From contig NC_068981.1 of the NCBI RefSeq assembly GCF_001194135.2, positions 3,978,510 through 4,042,509 of the forward strand: 64,000 nucleotides of DNA, in the 5' to 3' direction. The position numbers and the translations under genes are program-made. Below the pieces are notes generated by a model, which did no database searches, was not told the DNA's origin, and saw nothing but the letters and a program-made list of their open reading frames with translations. Positions 1 through 11,986 of the stretch are shown in pieces. The DNA comes from Octopus bimaculoides. Taxonomy: Eukaryota. The number at the start of each line of letters is the position of its first letter. The stretch's first letter is position 1.

Positions 1-535
1 TCTTAATTGATTGGAAGTGTTATCATGTACATTGTTCTGTCTTGGTATAAAAGATGGCCTACAGCAAATATTCTGCTCAATACCACAGATTCGCTTGTCA
101 GTTGTTTGACCCTAACAAGTTGAGCATGTCCCTTGGTGGTTGACGATATGTGCATTTCTGATCATGAGCAGAAGTAGTGGGGGAGCATCATAGCCATGTG
201 TTAAGAGGAATTCTTTGGGGTTTGAATAATTCACCTTTGGAAACATGGGTGTTTTGCTCAACATCCTTAAACAAATATTTTTCGGAGACCTTTTGAGTGG
301 TGTGGGCTAATCGACCTGAAGAAAATTCTAACTGGGCCCCACCTGCGAGGTCATGCACTGTTTATCTTGATGTGAGATCACCATGTCACGCACATATGGT
401 TGTGATGCATGTGCTTGGTGTACCCTTATCAGATGGGTAGTCATGATGGGTATACTGGGCTTCGTATATTTTACCCCAATGTCACTTTGATGGCATGCAC
501 TGCTCTCTCACTCAATAATAATAATAATAATAATA

Positions 536-536
<1 letters not shown>
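1..536 (+). mobile_element. 3' part of an interspersed retroposon (SINE/LINE end) with (AAT)n tail
   Basis: Non-coding mixed-composition sequence ending ...gctctctcactc followed directly by (AAT)n at ~513-536. Resemblance to a cephalopod repeat family is from recall only. Confidence 0.45.
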
Positions 537-568
<32 letters not shown>

Positions 569-996
569 ATGATTTCATTTATTTGCCGCAAGGGCGAAGG
601 ATGAGGGGGACAATCCGAAGAGACATAAAGTGTGGGGGTTTCCATATAATAATGAAATGAAAGAAGGAAAGAAAGTATACACCAAAAAAGAAGGGACATA
701 TGCATAGCTACATAGGTAAAAAAAAAATGGTAGGGAGGATGATAGAGATGTGGCCCTTCTGACACAGGAACACCTCTGGGGATAATCGAGGAACCCCAAT
801 GTCCGAGATTTCCCTGAAACCCTAGGAGCAAGTGCCCTCTCCAATTCCTTCTCTCCAACTCACAGGTCTACACTTAGAGACGTACCATCCACTCTTGCCA
901 TTTTCGCAACTTTCATCCACCTTTCAATAAACTCACTCGAGGACAGCACTTTCCTCTCCACTCTCAATTTCCTTTGCAAGTGAAACTTGAAGAAGT
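537..996 (-). mobile_element. 3' end of an L1/Tx1-like LINE with (ATC)n tail
   Basis: Minus strand 995-860 reads FFKFHLQRKLRVERKVLSSSEFIERWMKVAKMARVDGTSLSVDL*, resembling a Tx1-type ORF2 C-terminus. A 3' UTR follows, ending in AATAAA and (ATC)n, which is the + strand (GAT)n at 537-566. Confidence 0.5.
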
Positions 997-1244
997 CAAT
1001 AATAATAATAATAATGATAAGTCTTTTATTGTCCACAAGGGCTAATATAAATCAAAGCATTAAAGGACATCACAAGACGATAGACAAAGGGTTTTGGAAA
1101 AAAGAAAGACATCCATGTAAACATTTGATAACAATAAAAAAACAATGTAACAAGTAAAAATCCCCCAATAGGGGGGGGGGCGCTTTAAAGGTTACTTGTG
1201 GGAAAACCCATAGAGCCATGGGTGCCTGACCAACTGCAGCCAAC

Positions 1245-1630
1245 TGGACCGAATGATGCAGAAACTTACTAAAAACAGCTTAGATTAGTCAACAGATTCA
1301 TTCCTATTTTATTGCAAGACAATGCCAGACCACACATCACAAAAATGACAATGGTGAAACTACTGGAGTTGGAGTTGAAAGTTCTCCCTCATCTGATGTT
1401 GTCTCCACTGACTACTACTACTACTTCCAGAATTTGGATAACTTTTTGATAGGAAAAAATTTAATTCCGATGATGCTGTAAAACAGGTCTTCCAAGATTT
1501 TATTGACTCCAGATTGCCAGGCTTCTACAGTTCTCGGCTGGACAAGCTGCTGCTGAAATGGCAAAAGTGTATTGACAATATGGGTGCATGCTTTGATGAA
1601 TAAAACTATTCCTTGTATTCAGAAAGCATT
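1245..1630 (+). mobile_element. mariner transposase C-terminal remnant (frameshifted)
   Basis: Translates as LLQDNARPHITKMTMVKLLELELKVLPH, then after a frameshift TDYYYYFQNLDNFLIGKKFNSDDAVKQVFQDFIDSRLPGFYSSRLDKLLLKWQKCIDNMGACFDE*. These match the mariner (H/Q)DNARPH, TDYHLF and KWQKCID motifs. Confidence 0.85.
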
Positions 1631-1644
1631 AGCAAAGTATTGTT

Positions 1645-1975
1645 TTCAATTGCGTTTGTTAGTTTGTTTGTTTGTCCATAGACAAGATATCTCAAGAACT
1701 GCTGGATGGATTTGGATGAAACTTTCAGGGATGTTTGACCTCATGATTGGCATCAACTGATTAGATTTTGGGATCAATCCAGTAGCGGATTATTCTTCCT
1801 GCTTTTTTTACTTAATTTTTGAGAGCAGTCAGGCTCATTTTTAGTATTCTCATTTGTGAGAGCAGTTGAGTTGATTTCAGCAATTCACATTTTAAAAATC
1901 ATCTCTGTCTAATCGTTGAGAGGACATTGGTGTTGCCTTGGCAGAGATTTGCGCTCTCTGAGTGCTCTTATTCTT
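1645..1975 (+). mobile_element. non-autonomous Helentron/Helitron-like element (HINE/DINE-1-like); partial second copy at ~30335-30545
   Basis: Starts with GTTT microsatellite plus aagatatctcaagaactgctggatggatttggatgaaact and ends in ggcagagatttgcgctctctgagtgctct. Its 3' ~200 bp recur at 30335-30545. Confidence 0.55.
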
Positions 1976-2735
1976 ATTTTTCGGTAGTGGGTGACAAAAC
2001 TTTAGGAGCACTCTTTAGATGGCATCTATGCTGGTGTCATATAAAAGCACCGATTATACTCTTGGAGTGATTTCACCATTTAGAAATGAGCACAAAAGAA
2101 TTTGATAGAATTTAAACCGTTGCATGTCTGCCAGGTTTCCTGATATTACTCAGAAAGGCAAAAGTTTTCTATCAATGTTATTTGTCATGTGAGAGTCATG
2201 TTTGTAATCTGTTCATATACTTAATCCACTTAACTGATCAAGTAGTAAATATTTAGGCCAATTCTCCAGTTACAGAAAAATTCCAACCTGTCTCCTACCA
2301 GTTTTGGAGCCTCAGACAATAACCATGTGAGGAATCTGTTTTCCTTTGACTAAACAATGATAATGAACATAAAATAACAAAGTGCGATTATCTATGAACT
2401 TGATAAGCTTAACCGATAAGTTTATCTTACAAAAAGATTATCAAAGGCGCATGCGTGTGCGTGTGTATGATTCGGTCAGTCAAATAAGTTGTTTGATAGA
2501 ATCTGCGATCCAATGTAGCGTCTTCTTTCTTTCTTTTTGGGGTGGATCGGTGGGGCGAGGTTGACTTTGCCTTTCGTCTTTTTGGATTTGATAAAATAAG
2601 TAGCCGTTTAGCACTGGGATCAATGTAATCGATTTAGCTTCTCCCCCGAAATTGCTGGCCTTGTGCCAAAATTTGAAACCAATATTTTCATAGACATGAA
2701 CTAAGTTGGGCGGGAGTATCACAAATATTCAAAAA

Positions 2736-2957
2736 ATATTGTTGTATTTCGGGACGGTGTTTTTTTTTTGCCAAATAAACACACGCACTTTTCATTCGTT
2801 CTTCACTCGTTCATTACAGTGCACAGATGTGTGACGAAAGATTTCTGGACAATGGACATGAGTTAGAATAAGAACAGTAATAAACGAGGGAAGAACGAAT
2901 ATGTAGGGCGTGTGTTTATTTGGCAAAAAAAGTAACCATCCCGAAATACAACAATAT
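2736..2957. mobile_element. MITE / foldback with ~75-bp imperfect terminal inverted repeats
   Basis: atattgttgtatttcgggacgg...gccaaataaacacacg...ttcgttcttcactcgtt is mirrored by aacgagggaagaacgaa...cgtgtgtttatttggc...ccatcccgaaatacaacaatat. Confidence 0.8.
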
Positions 2958-3088
2958 CTGTTTCAGCACACGGTTTCGCAACAGGAATCTTACAACACAA
3001 ATTCATTAAAAAAAAAAGTAAGCATTTTAATATTTTTGTACAAAATGCAACGAAATAATATTTCAAAATATAAATATCTTGCTATTAT

Positions 3089-3277
3089 TTAAATACAGAG
3101 GTCCCTTAACGGTACTACTTAAATACAGGTGTTACATACAAAGCATTTTAAATGTGCGCTGTGTAGGCCTTAACCCTAACCAACCCTAAAACTGGCCCTA
3201 ACCTTAACCCGAAAAACTAACCCTCCCCTTCATATCGTTACATAGATGCATCGGGACGTCTGTATTTAAGTAGTGCC
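3089..3277. mobile_element. small inverted-repeat element containing degenerate (TAACCC)n
   Basis: 3253-3277 is the reverse complement of two left partial copies (3089-3105 and 3111-3128). TAACCC-like units occur at 3170-3224. Confidence 0.55.
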
Positions 3278-3499
3278 AATATTTCAAGCATTTTCTTTAG
3301 TTCTTTTCAGACTTCTGTTAGTTTTGATGTTTCTACACTTTATTTTATTAATCTGTGCACTTTGCTGTCTTGATTTAGAATAAGTGCAATTTGCTCCTTT
3401 GTTTTTGGGGTGTGTGCAGCTTCCTGTCTGTTTTTAGGCTCTGTGCAGTTTGTTATTTTGTTTAGAGGTTTATCCCCCTCCCTTTTTTTTAAAGACAAA

Positions 3500-4750
3500 T
3501 TCTGTTTTATGGTTGTTTTTATGGTGTGTTGTGTACTTACAACGTTCGTAATTCTTGTCTGTATAAACCCGTATGATCGATTACACATCGAATTCTTTTG
3601 TTACCTAGCAATTCCGGGTAAAACATAAGTCTTCACAGAACATTCGAGTCTATAACCAAATTTGAACAAGCCCTGCTTCCTCCGATTCTAATGTAGTTCT
3701 TTCTCGACTCCACCCATCAAAGCTCGTATTTGCCTTTCATGATTTCCTCCTACAAGTTTTGCTATTAATCAAAAACTGCCAATACCAGCCATTGACTGCG
3801 TGTGTTACAAATACACTGAATGTTTTATATAAAACACCTCGCCACTCAACTACCATTGTTTATATTGTAAAGAGGTACGTAGTCCTTAATATTCGTTAAA
3901 ATACTTCATTGTTCCACTACCATAAACGTAGTAACTTGTCCTTTTGTTATAAACATGAACAACTGACGTAGTTTAATCTTAGGTAAATATACTTGCTCAT
4001 TTCATTTACAAACTGAAAACAACATAATTGCTTTAAAATGAACAGCTTAAACTCTCTCCATCGCGCTTAGAACTTACACCAGTCTCATGAGGTGGATCTA
4101 ATTAGTAATTTAACCGGGAAAGGGCACGAAATCGGCGATAAAAAAGTAAAAGATAATATTTTTTGGACAGGAAATTCCTTCGTCATAAAGTAGTGACAGA
4201 TATTCTGAAAGTCTGCCGATCACAGTTTGGAGACAGATACTATGATAAAAATATACCAAACTTAATTAGCATCCTTTGCTTAATTACAAGTTTCATATAT
4301 ATTAAGATGGAATTTGTCAATCGGACAGTTTACAAATAGCTATTTCGAAACTGGAACCCCGACACGACCCGTTACACATTAATTAACTAAACATTCATTT
4401 ATAAACAATTAATTATAGCAGAAATGAACAATTAAAGTGCGATATAAAAGGGGTTAACTGGTCCACAAATCGGGGGTTTCTTTAATTAGTTATAACAGAA
4501 TCCACAAACCAAAGTTAGTTTGCCAGGCGAAAGTTGAGTTCTTAATTTTATATTTTAATTTTTCGAATTTTTTAAAATCACAGTTTAAAATACGGACAGT
4601 CCGATTTTCCTGCCTAAATCCTAGCAATAAGGAGAAAGATATTGAAAAACATCGATGTCACAGTGACAAACGAGGACGATATGAGGAGGTAGTGAGACGT
4701 GCTAAAAATAACAGCTAAATACCCCTTAAATCAGCAATTTGTTTTTGCAT
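3500..4750. promoter_or_regulatory. CpG-enriched candidate promoter region upstream of the TMEM121-like gene
   Basis: CpG visibly more frequent than in surrounding repeat-free DNA. Perfect 16-bp palindrome TGTTTTATATAAAACA at 3821-3836. TSS not determined. Confidence 0.3.
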
Positions 4751-5754
4751 ACTCGTATGAGTTCCTGTGTGTAGAATACAAATTCGCAAAAATTAAAAGA
4801 ATTACGAGGGATTATATACCGTGCGTAAGATATTACCAGAGAATTGTGTATGTGATGTGGACTTAAAATTATTTGTTTGCACGAAACATGAAAATTGTAA
4901 CTAAAAAATATAATTATTTGTGAATTTCTTTGCATCTTGTGGTGTATCTCACAAGTGAATGGTTAGTGGAGTCATGTAAGCAGTGTTGTTGGTGCGATGG
5001 TTTTAGAAAATCGTGACATAATGACGAGATGTAAATCTAGTGCGAGACGAAAGATGTGTGAGTAAATTGTATAATAGCTTCCTCATTTACAACTGTAACC
5101 TTTGAAATGGTGATGCTCTGCTCCTTGCTTTATATTTATTCAACAAAGGTTTGTCAACCAAAGCCTTTTTTTTAAGGCATAAAAGACATAGTTTCGATAG
5201 ACGAATTTATGCCATTCAGGCAATTTAAATTTTATTTTTTCAGTGCAGTCTTGAATGTGAGATGTCTGTAGTGGATGTTCAATCTCTGATACATAAAAAA
5301 ATATTCACTGTGTACTTCTAAACATCGGATTGGCAAAATAGTCCATGTCGACTCTTGCCAGGTCTATGTGGCTATCCCTTAAGGGGGTCATTTAACACCT
5401 GAAATGATTTTGAGCATTAAGGGTACTGAATTATAAGCGAAGTGAAACTAAAAACCCGCGGTAATTTCAGGCTAAAAACTCACCGCTTTTCTGCTAAATA
5501 TAGAAGCAGCGATTAATATTACTACATATTTCGTATTCGGACTATATTACCAATTTGACTGAATTTTTATAGGTCTTTATTGATTTCGTTAAGTATTTTC
5601 ATGTCTTTAAACTTATGAAAAAGTAATGACAGAAAAAAAAATATTGCTTTTAAAACGAGAAATTTTTAGTGAACTATACTTTTAAAATATGGAAATGTAC
5701 TTGCATAGCAAGTGACTTGATCTGAGATCGTGTTCTGAAACAAAAACAATTTCA

Positions 5755-5990
5755 GTGTTTATAAGCCATTAAAAAAACACAAAGAACCGTTAGATTCACT
5801 TCAACATTTAAATTTAGTTTTGTGCCAAAATATTTTTGTCGCTTTGAAAATTTCACTGATGCAGCACGAAATTTTGTCAATGAACAAGTCGCGGTTTCAA
5901 AGCGACGAAATTATTTTGACACAAATTAAATTTAAATGTTGAAGTGAATTTAAAGATTCTTCGCGTGTTTTTTTTAATGGCTTATAAACA
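5755..5990. mobile_element. MITE / foldback with ~100-bp inverted arms
   Basis: gtgtttataagccattaaaaaaacac...ttcacttcaacatttaaattt...gtcgctttgaaa is mirrored by tttcaaagcgac...aaatttaaatgttgaagtgaa...gtgtttttttaatggcttataaacac. Confidence 0.8.
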
Positions 5991-6049
5991 CCCTTCCACG
6001 TTGCAATTACATTTAAATTTTATTTCAGAAATTTATACGATGCATGTGT

Positions 6050-6640
6050 CTGTGTGTGGAGACGCAATGGCCCAGTGGTTAGGGAAGCGGACTCGCAGTT
6101 ATGGGATCGCGGTTTCGATTCCCAGACCAAGCGTTATGAGTGTTTATTGAGTGAAAACACCTAAATTTCCACGATGCTTTGAAAGTAGGTGGTGGTGAAC
6201 CCTGCTGTACTCATTCACCACAACTTTCTCTCACTCTTTCTTCCTGTTTCTTTTGTACCTGTATTTCAAAGGGTCAGCCGAAGGGGGTCTCCTCCGGTGG
6301 GGGTGGGTGGAGGCATCATTTGAAAGTTAAAAAACAATGCAAAGCGCATTGTGACCAGTGATGTATAACAATATCCTATAGTCTGGTCAATCATGTGAAA
6401 CTGAGATGGATGGATGAATGGACCAGTGGATGCATGTATGTGTGCCTGTATATTAAAAATGCGGGTGTGTATAGAGCCATGTATGTGACATTAAGTGAGA
6501 GTTTATATAAAACTGAAACTGAAAGTTAAATTTCCTTGTAAATGTTTACATCCTGATGAATATCTCCAAGCTGACATTTATGCAGGAAACAATGGTGGTG
6601 CTGCTACTGTTTACTTCTCATTCAGAGATTTATTATTGCT

Positions 6641-6675
<35 letters not shown>

Positions 6676-6910
6676 GTGTGTGTGTTGTTGTTGTTGGCAC
6701 TCCGTCGCTTATGACGTCGTGGGTTCCAGTTGATCTGATCAACAGAACAGCTTGCTCGTGAAATTAACGTGCAAGTGGCTGAGCACTCCACAGACACATG
6801 TACCCTTAATGTAGTTCTCGGGGATATTCAGCGTGACACAGTGTGACAAGGCTGACCCTTTGAATTACAGGCACAACAGAAACAGGAAGTAAGAGCGAGA
6901 GAAAGTNNNN
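6050..6910. mobile_element. tRNA-headed SINE family D fragments (+ at 6050-6300, - at 6685-6906); fuller copy at 19205-19565
   Basis: Pol III A/B box-like head (tggcccagtgg...ggtttcgattccc). The body caactttctctcactctttcttcctgtttc is shared with 19205-19565, and a (CAA)n tail is present on the minus copy. Confidence 0.7.
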
Positions 6911-7548
6911 NNNNNNNNNNNNNNNNNNNNNNNNNNNNNNNNNNNNNNNNNNNNNNNNNNNNNNNNNNNNNNNNNNNNNNNNNNNNNNNNNNNNNNNNNN
7001 NNNNNNNNNNNNNNNNNNNNNNNNNNNNNNNNNNNNNNNNNNNNNNNNNNNNNNNNNNNNNNNNNNNNNNNNNNNNNNNNNNNNNNNNNNNNNNNNNNNN
7101 NNNNNNNNNNNNNNNNNNNNNNNNNNNNNNNNNNNNNNNNNNNNNNNNNNNNNNNNNNNNNNNNNNNNNNNNNNNNNNNNNNNNNNNNNNNNNNNNNNNN
7201 NNNNNNNNNNNNNNNNNNNNNNNNNNNNNNNNNNNNNNNNNNNNNNNNNNNNNNNNNNNNNNNNNNNNGTGTTCTATACACGGGAATTCATATGATTATG
7301 AAAAAAAAAATTTTTTTTAATTCTTACGCCCCCCCTCCCCCCAATAAATCCTAAAAGTTGTACTTTCTTTTGAATTTTTTCTTACTCAGAGTTTAGAATA
7401 TGTACAGTCTGAATTTTTTAAATTGAAATCCTACTGGATTGCCTAAGAATTTTTACGTAAATTGTTGAATACTTTCACTTTCCATATACTTTCTCCAAAA
7501 GATCACCATACACACACACATAGATAGATAGGTTTGCGTGCGTGTATG

Positions 7549-7586
<38 letters not shown>

Positions 7587-7770
7587 GGCTTTCTTATAGA
7601 AGTGATCTTCCCACTCCAAATTTTTTCCATCATAATTTTCAAAAACATGGTTACTTTTTAACAGGGAAAGGAGTTTCTGAAACTTCATCTGACCCAACTT
7701 TTTTTCCTCATAACTTTCAGGAAAATGGATATCTGTTAATGGAAATTCAGTTTACCTACACAACTGTACC

Positions 7771-7937
7771 CACCCTTGACTTTGTTTCCTCATAACTTCC
7801 AGAAAAAGTTTACACAACAAATTCAAATCTAACAGTAATCTACACCATCTGAAGGGTATATGTAGAAAATTTCATTAAAAGAAATTCATTTTTCTGGAGG
7901 TTATGAGGAAACCAAGTCAGTGGGGGTACAGTTGTGG
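7771..7937. mobile_element. MITE with ~47-bp TIRs
   Basis: caactgtacccacccttgactttgtttcctcataacttccagaaaaa is mirrored by tttttctggaggttatgaggaaaccaagtcagtgggggtacagttg. Confidence 0.7.
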
Positions 7938-8218
7938 AGGCATGCCAAACTCAGAAACTTTGGGTATTCTTATCGGTTGGCCACAAAGATCACCACTTGA
8001 GCTTGCACCGTTTCAAACTAGGTTTTCTTCCTCTTATGCTTAGTGTCTTGCTGTATTCCTTTTGAATATTTAAACAAGTTTGTAGTGTTTATCCAATCAT
8101 GAAACATGTTCACTATAGAAATGTACAATATATTCATTCAATTGCTTAATTACACTTAATATCATTTGTTTTCAGTTTGTATTTCCTCGATTGAAAATTC
8201 AACAACACTCCTCCAAAG

Positions 8219-8384
8219 ATGGGTTTGTGTGAGAAACTCTTCACCATACCATTGCGTATTGTGTGTGTCATTTTGCTGATTATTCAAATGGGATTTCTAG
8301 ACGTTTATTTGTCTACATACATCAACAAACTATGGTTGATATGGATTATCGCTGACGTTGTTACAGTGGTGTTATTTATTACAG
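8219..8384 (+). CDS. TMEM121/CECR6-family multi-pass membrane protein, coding exon 1 (55 codons + 1 nt)
   Basis: ATG at 8219; MGLCEKLFTIPLRIVCVILLIIQMGFLDVYL...WLIWIIADVVTVVLFIT gives two hydrophobic helices. Donor ACAG|GTTTGT at 8385. An upstream acceptor ttttcag at 8175 implies a 5' UTR exon. Confidence 0.8.
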
Positions 8385-9111
8385 GTTTGTATTCTTCTTG
8401 TGGCTTTAAATAAACTATATTTCTTTTCATTGAAATTGCTGCGTATCTTTTTAATCCTGCTTCATATAAAAAATGTGTATTGAAGAATAATTCATGAGCG
8501 TTTTTTTTCTCAAATTTAAAAATGCATGCAGAAATACAACGCATTGGCAAAATGTTTTATGTTATTTGAAAGAATGTTTTGCTCTGCAAGAAAGCATATT
8601 TTGAATTTTGCTTTTTTTTTTTTTCAGATCGTTAAAATAGAATGTCAAGTGGACAAAACTGAGCATTTTTGACATCATTTTCTTTTCACATTTAATCAAG
8701 GTGTTAAGTCTGCCAAAGTTGGTCATGAGATTTGTGCTGTGTATGGAGAAGGAGCAATACCTCAAAGTACTGCCTGCTGTTGGTTTTCGTGCTTCAAAGA
8801 TGGGAATTTTGACCTCAAGGATGGATCACACACTGGTCAGCCAATTGAGTTCAATGAAGAGCCATTGAATCAACTTCTTCACAAAAATCCACATCAAATG
8901 ATCAGAGAATTGGTGGAGTAGATAGATTGTGATCAAAAAACTATGGTGAACCACCTTCACTCTATGGGCAACGTTCATTGAACTCAATTGATTGACTGGT
9001 GTGTGATCTGGCCTTGAGGCCAAAATTCTCATTTTTGAAGCATGGAAACCAATGGCACAGACAGTACTATGAGGCATTGCTCTTTCTCCATACACAGCAC
9101 ATAAGGCGGTG

Positions 9112-9335
9112 AGCTGGCAGAAACGTTAGCACGCCGGGCGAAATACCTAACCGTATCTCGTCTGCCGCTACGTTCTGAGTTCGAATTCCACCGAGGTCAA
9201 CTTTGCCTTTCATCCTTTCGGGGTTGATTAAATAAGTACCAGTTATGCACTGGGGTCGATATAATCGACTTAATCCGTTTGTCTGTCCTTGTTTGTCCCC
9301 TCTGTGTGTAGCCCCTTGTGGGTAGTAAAGAAATA
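9112..9335 (+). mobile_element. full-length tRNA-derived SINE family A with 10-bp TSD (further copies ~11570, 17940, 22325, 30578, 44390, 46890, 47808, 60273, 63770)
   Basis: Head ggcggtgagctggcagaaacgttagc, B box gagttcgaattcc and conserved body cctttcatcctttcggggt...aagtaccag. TSD ACACAGCACA at 9102-9111 and 9336-9345. Confidence 0.9.
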
Positions 9336-9546
9336 ACACAGCACAAATCTCATGAGCAGTTTCAGTAATCTTTAACACCTTGATTAAATGCAAAAAGCAA
9401 ATGGTGTCAAAAACGCTCAGTTTTGTCTGCTTGACATTCCATTTTAATAATCTGAAAATATACAAAAATCAATAAAATTTTAAAAAATCAAAGCACACTG
9501 TCTTGTAGAGCAAAAAATTCTCTTTCAAATAACATAAAACATTTTG

Positions 9547-9703
9547 GAGTAAATATTGTTTATCAACATAACATGGCAGTCCTAGTTTAGGATGAATCCT
9601 GCTGTAAACCAGGACTGCCATGTTATGTTGGCAAATAATCTTTACTCCAAAGTACTGTTGCTGAATATCTCTCGTTGTGAGACTTAAACATAGTAATTTT
9701 CTA
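9547..9703. mobile_element. short inverted-repeat + tail element (family P1), 13-bp TSD
   Basis: ~45-bp inverted arms plus a one-sided tail ending ttttcta. ATAAAACATTTTG is duplicated at 9534-9546 and 9704-9716. Confidence 0.85.
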
Positions 9704-9782
9704 ATAAAACATTTTGTCAATGCATTTTATTTCTGTGGGCATTTTTAAATTTGAAAAAAAAATGCTCTTCAATTATTCCTAA

Positions 9783-10036
9783 TATTGGGTTGGTGCATAA
9801 TTATTACAGCTTTTTTCCAAGAAATTTTATTCAACAAAAACAATAACAATATTTAACAAAACATCTTTAAATGATGGTCTGACCGTCTGCCAAGCAAATG
9901 GGAAGCAGTTATTGAAGAAGATGGTGAATATGTCCCAGAATAATCATTGAAAGATGTTTTTGTTATATGTTGTTATTGTTTTTGTTGAATAAAACTTGTT
10001 GAAAAAAAGCCTCAATAATTATGCATCAACCCAATA
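9783..10036. mobile_element. mariner MITE with long inverted arms and a transposase C-terminal scrap
   Basis: TIR tattgggttggtgcataattatt / aataattatgcatcaacccaata with TA ends. The centre encodes ...RLPSKWEAVIEEDGEYVPE*. Confidence 0.85.
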
Positions 10037-11986
10037 TATATATGGATCCATGTGTGATGATACATAGCTTAGTGGGTAGGGTATTTGACTTATGATCATG
10101 TGATCATAAGTTAATACCTGGCAGAGCATTGTATCCTTAAGCAAGACACTTATTTCATGTTACTCCAGTCCACTCAGCTGGCAAAAATGAGTAGCACCTG
10201 TATTTCAAAGGGTCAGCCTTGTCACATTCTGTGTGCCATGCTGAATCTTCCTAAGAACTATATTAAGGGTACACATGTCTTTAGAGCGCTCGGCCATTTG
10301 CACTTTAACCCTTTCGATATCAACCTGGCTGAATGAAACTAGCTCTGGTTCTGAGTACAAATATCTTGTTTTCGTAAGTTCTAAATTAAAATCTTCCACC
10401 AAACTTTGGTCACAATTTATGTTCCTAACACTAGCTTAATGATAACTAAGTTATTTTACTAAATTCTTTGTTATATTTAAAATTGATTGAAAGAAACACA
10501 GAGCATCTCAACAGAAATATGGAAACTGAAAGAAGCCCATTGTATATGTGTGTGTATATATATATATATATATNNNNNNNNNNNNNNNNNNNNNNNNNNN
10601 NNNNNNNNNNNNNNNNNNNNNNNNNNNNNNNNNNNNNNNNNNNNNNNNNNNNNNNNNNNNNNNNNNNNNNNNNNNNNNNNNNNNNNNNNNNNNNNNNNNN
10701 NNNNNNNNNNNNTGTATGTGTGTGTACATATGTGAGGGTGTTTGTGTCCCCTTGTCTAAACATTGTGTGAGTGTTGTAAATGAGTGTCATTCCTTTCCAA
10801 TATTCTACAAAAACATGTCTGGCCTTGTGTAAATATTACCTTGATTGGAAACAGGTGTAGGTAGGCAACAGGAAGAGCATCCATCTATAGATAAACGCTG
10901 TCTGACCCATGTAAGCATGGAAAAGTTGACATTGAAATTATAATGATGAAAGGGTTTTTGTCTTGCAAGGTACTTGGTAACCCTGTCAGTGCTGGTGCCA
11001 CATAAAAAGCACCAGAGCAGATGCCATGTAAAATGCACTGATAATGGTTCCACATTTAAAGCCACTGGTGATGGTTACCCGCAAAAAGCACCTGATACAC
11101 TGTAAAGTGGTTGGTGTTAGGAAGGGCATCCAGCTGTAGCAACCATACCAAACCAGACTGGAGCCTGGTGCAGCTCCCCAGCTGGCCAGCTCCGGTCAAA
11201 CCGTCCAACCCATACCAGCATGGACAATGGATGTTAAAGGATGATGATGATGATGATGAATATGTGAAATGTTAATTAACTTTAAAAATTCTAAGACAGA
11301 TCTTGCTATTTTCCATTTAATATGTCCCTTGCAAGGTTCCATACTTTTTTGTTGCGGTGAACACAGTCTGTTAACATTCACTTCTGTGATCAGAGTGAAC
11401 TCAGTATGTTAACATTCCTGGTTAACAAGAACACTGTCTGCTAACATTGACTTTAACTATGCCTTATAAATATATCATAAGATCAGCAGAAAGTTTCTCC
11501 AGAACTTTCTTTTTTGTATTTCAAATAATTTACTCTCGTGGAAGACCAAAAGCAACATTAAATGGTTCCATGAGGTGGCAAGTTGGCTGAATTGTGTACA
11601 GTGAGCAAAATGCTTAGTGGCATTTTGCTCATCTTTACATTCTGAGTTCAAATTCTGCTGGAGTTGGCTTTGTCTTTCATCCTTTTGTGGTCAAGAAAAT
11701 AAGTGCCCATTGAGCCCTGGGGTTGAAGTAATTGTCTTGATCCTTTCCCCAAAACTGCTGGCCTTGTGATGCCAAAAATCTGAAACCAATGATAAAAGAT
11801 TCCATAACTTATACCGACTTTATTGCAGTGTTGCTAGTTCTATCTTTAGCCAATATTCATTAGTCTCATCACAAATAAACTACTTTATCTCTTGTATTAG
11901 TGTTTCTATTAATCCTTCATTTAGAATGTATCGTTTATAAAACAGATTTCGCTTTACTTCTAAATGTGTTATCTTTTATTTTCCAG

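Larger units (their letters stand above)
8478..9784. mobile_element. mariner-derived foldback built from two inverted copies of the element's 5' end
   Basis: The left arm encodes ECQVDKTEHF*HHFLFTFNQGVKSAKVGHEICAVYGEGAIPQSTACCWFSCFKDGNFDLKD...RELVE (mariner N-terminal HTH). The same segment recurs inverted at ~8968-9784, interrupted by two later insertions. Confidence 0.85.

Noticed and set aside
3606-3800. Minus-strand first exon of a divergent gene (donor GTAACA at 3605)
   Set aside because: Only tiny ORFs are present and no downstream minus-strand exon was found in 1-3600.
5850-5890. CTGATGCAGCACGAAA...GTC resembling a hammerhead
   Set aside because: No A9 and no stem II. It is the collapsed palindromic centre of the surrounding MITE.
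9665-9705. Helitron reading of family P1 (small hairpin then CTRR end)
   Set aside because: All three copies have 11-13 bp TSDs, which Helitrons do not make, and the TSD begins right after TTTTCTA.
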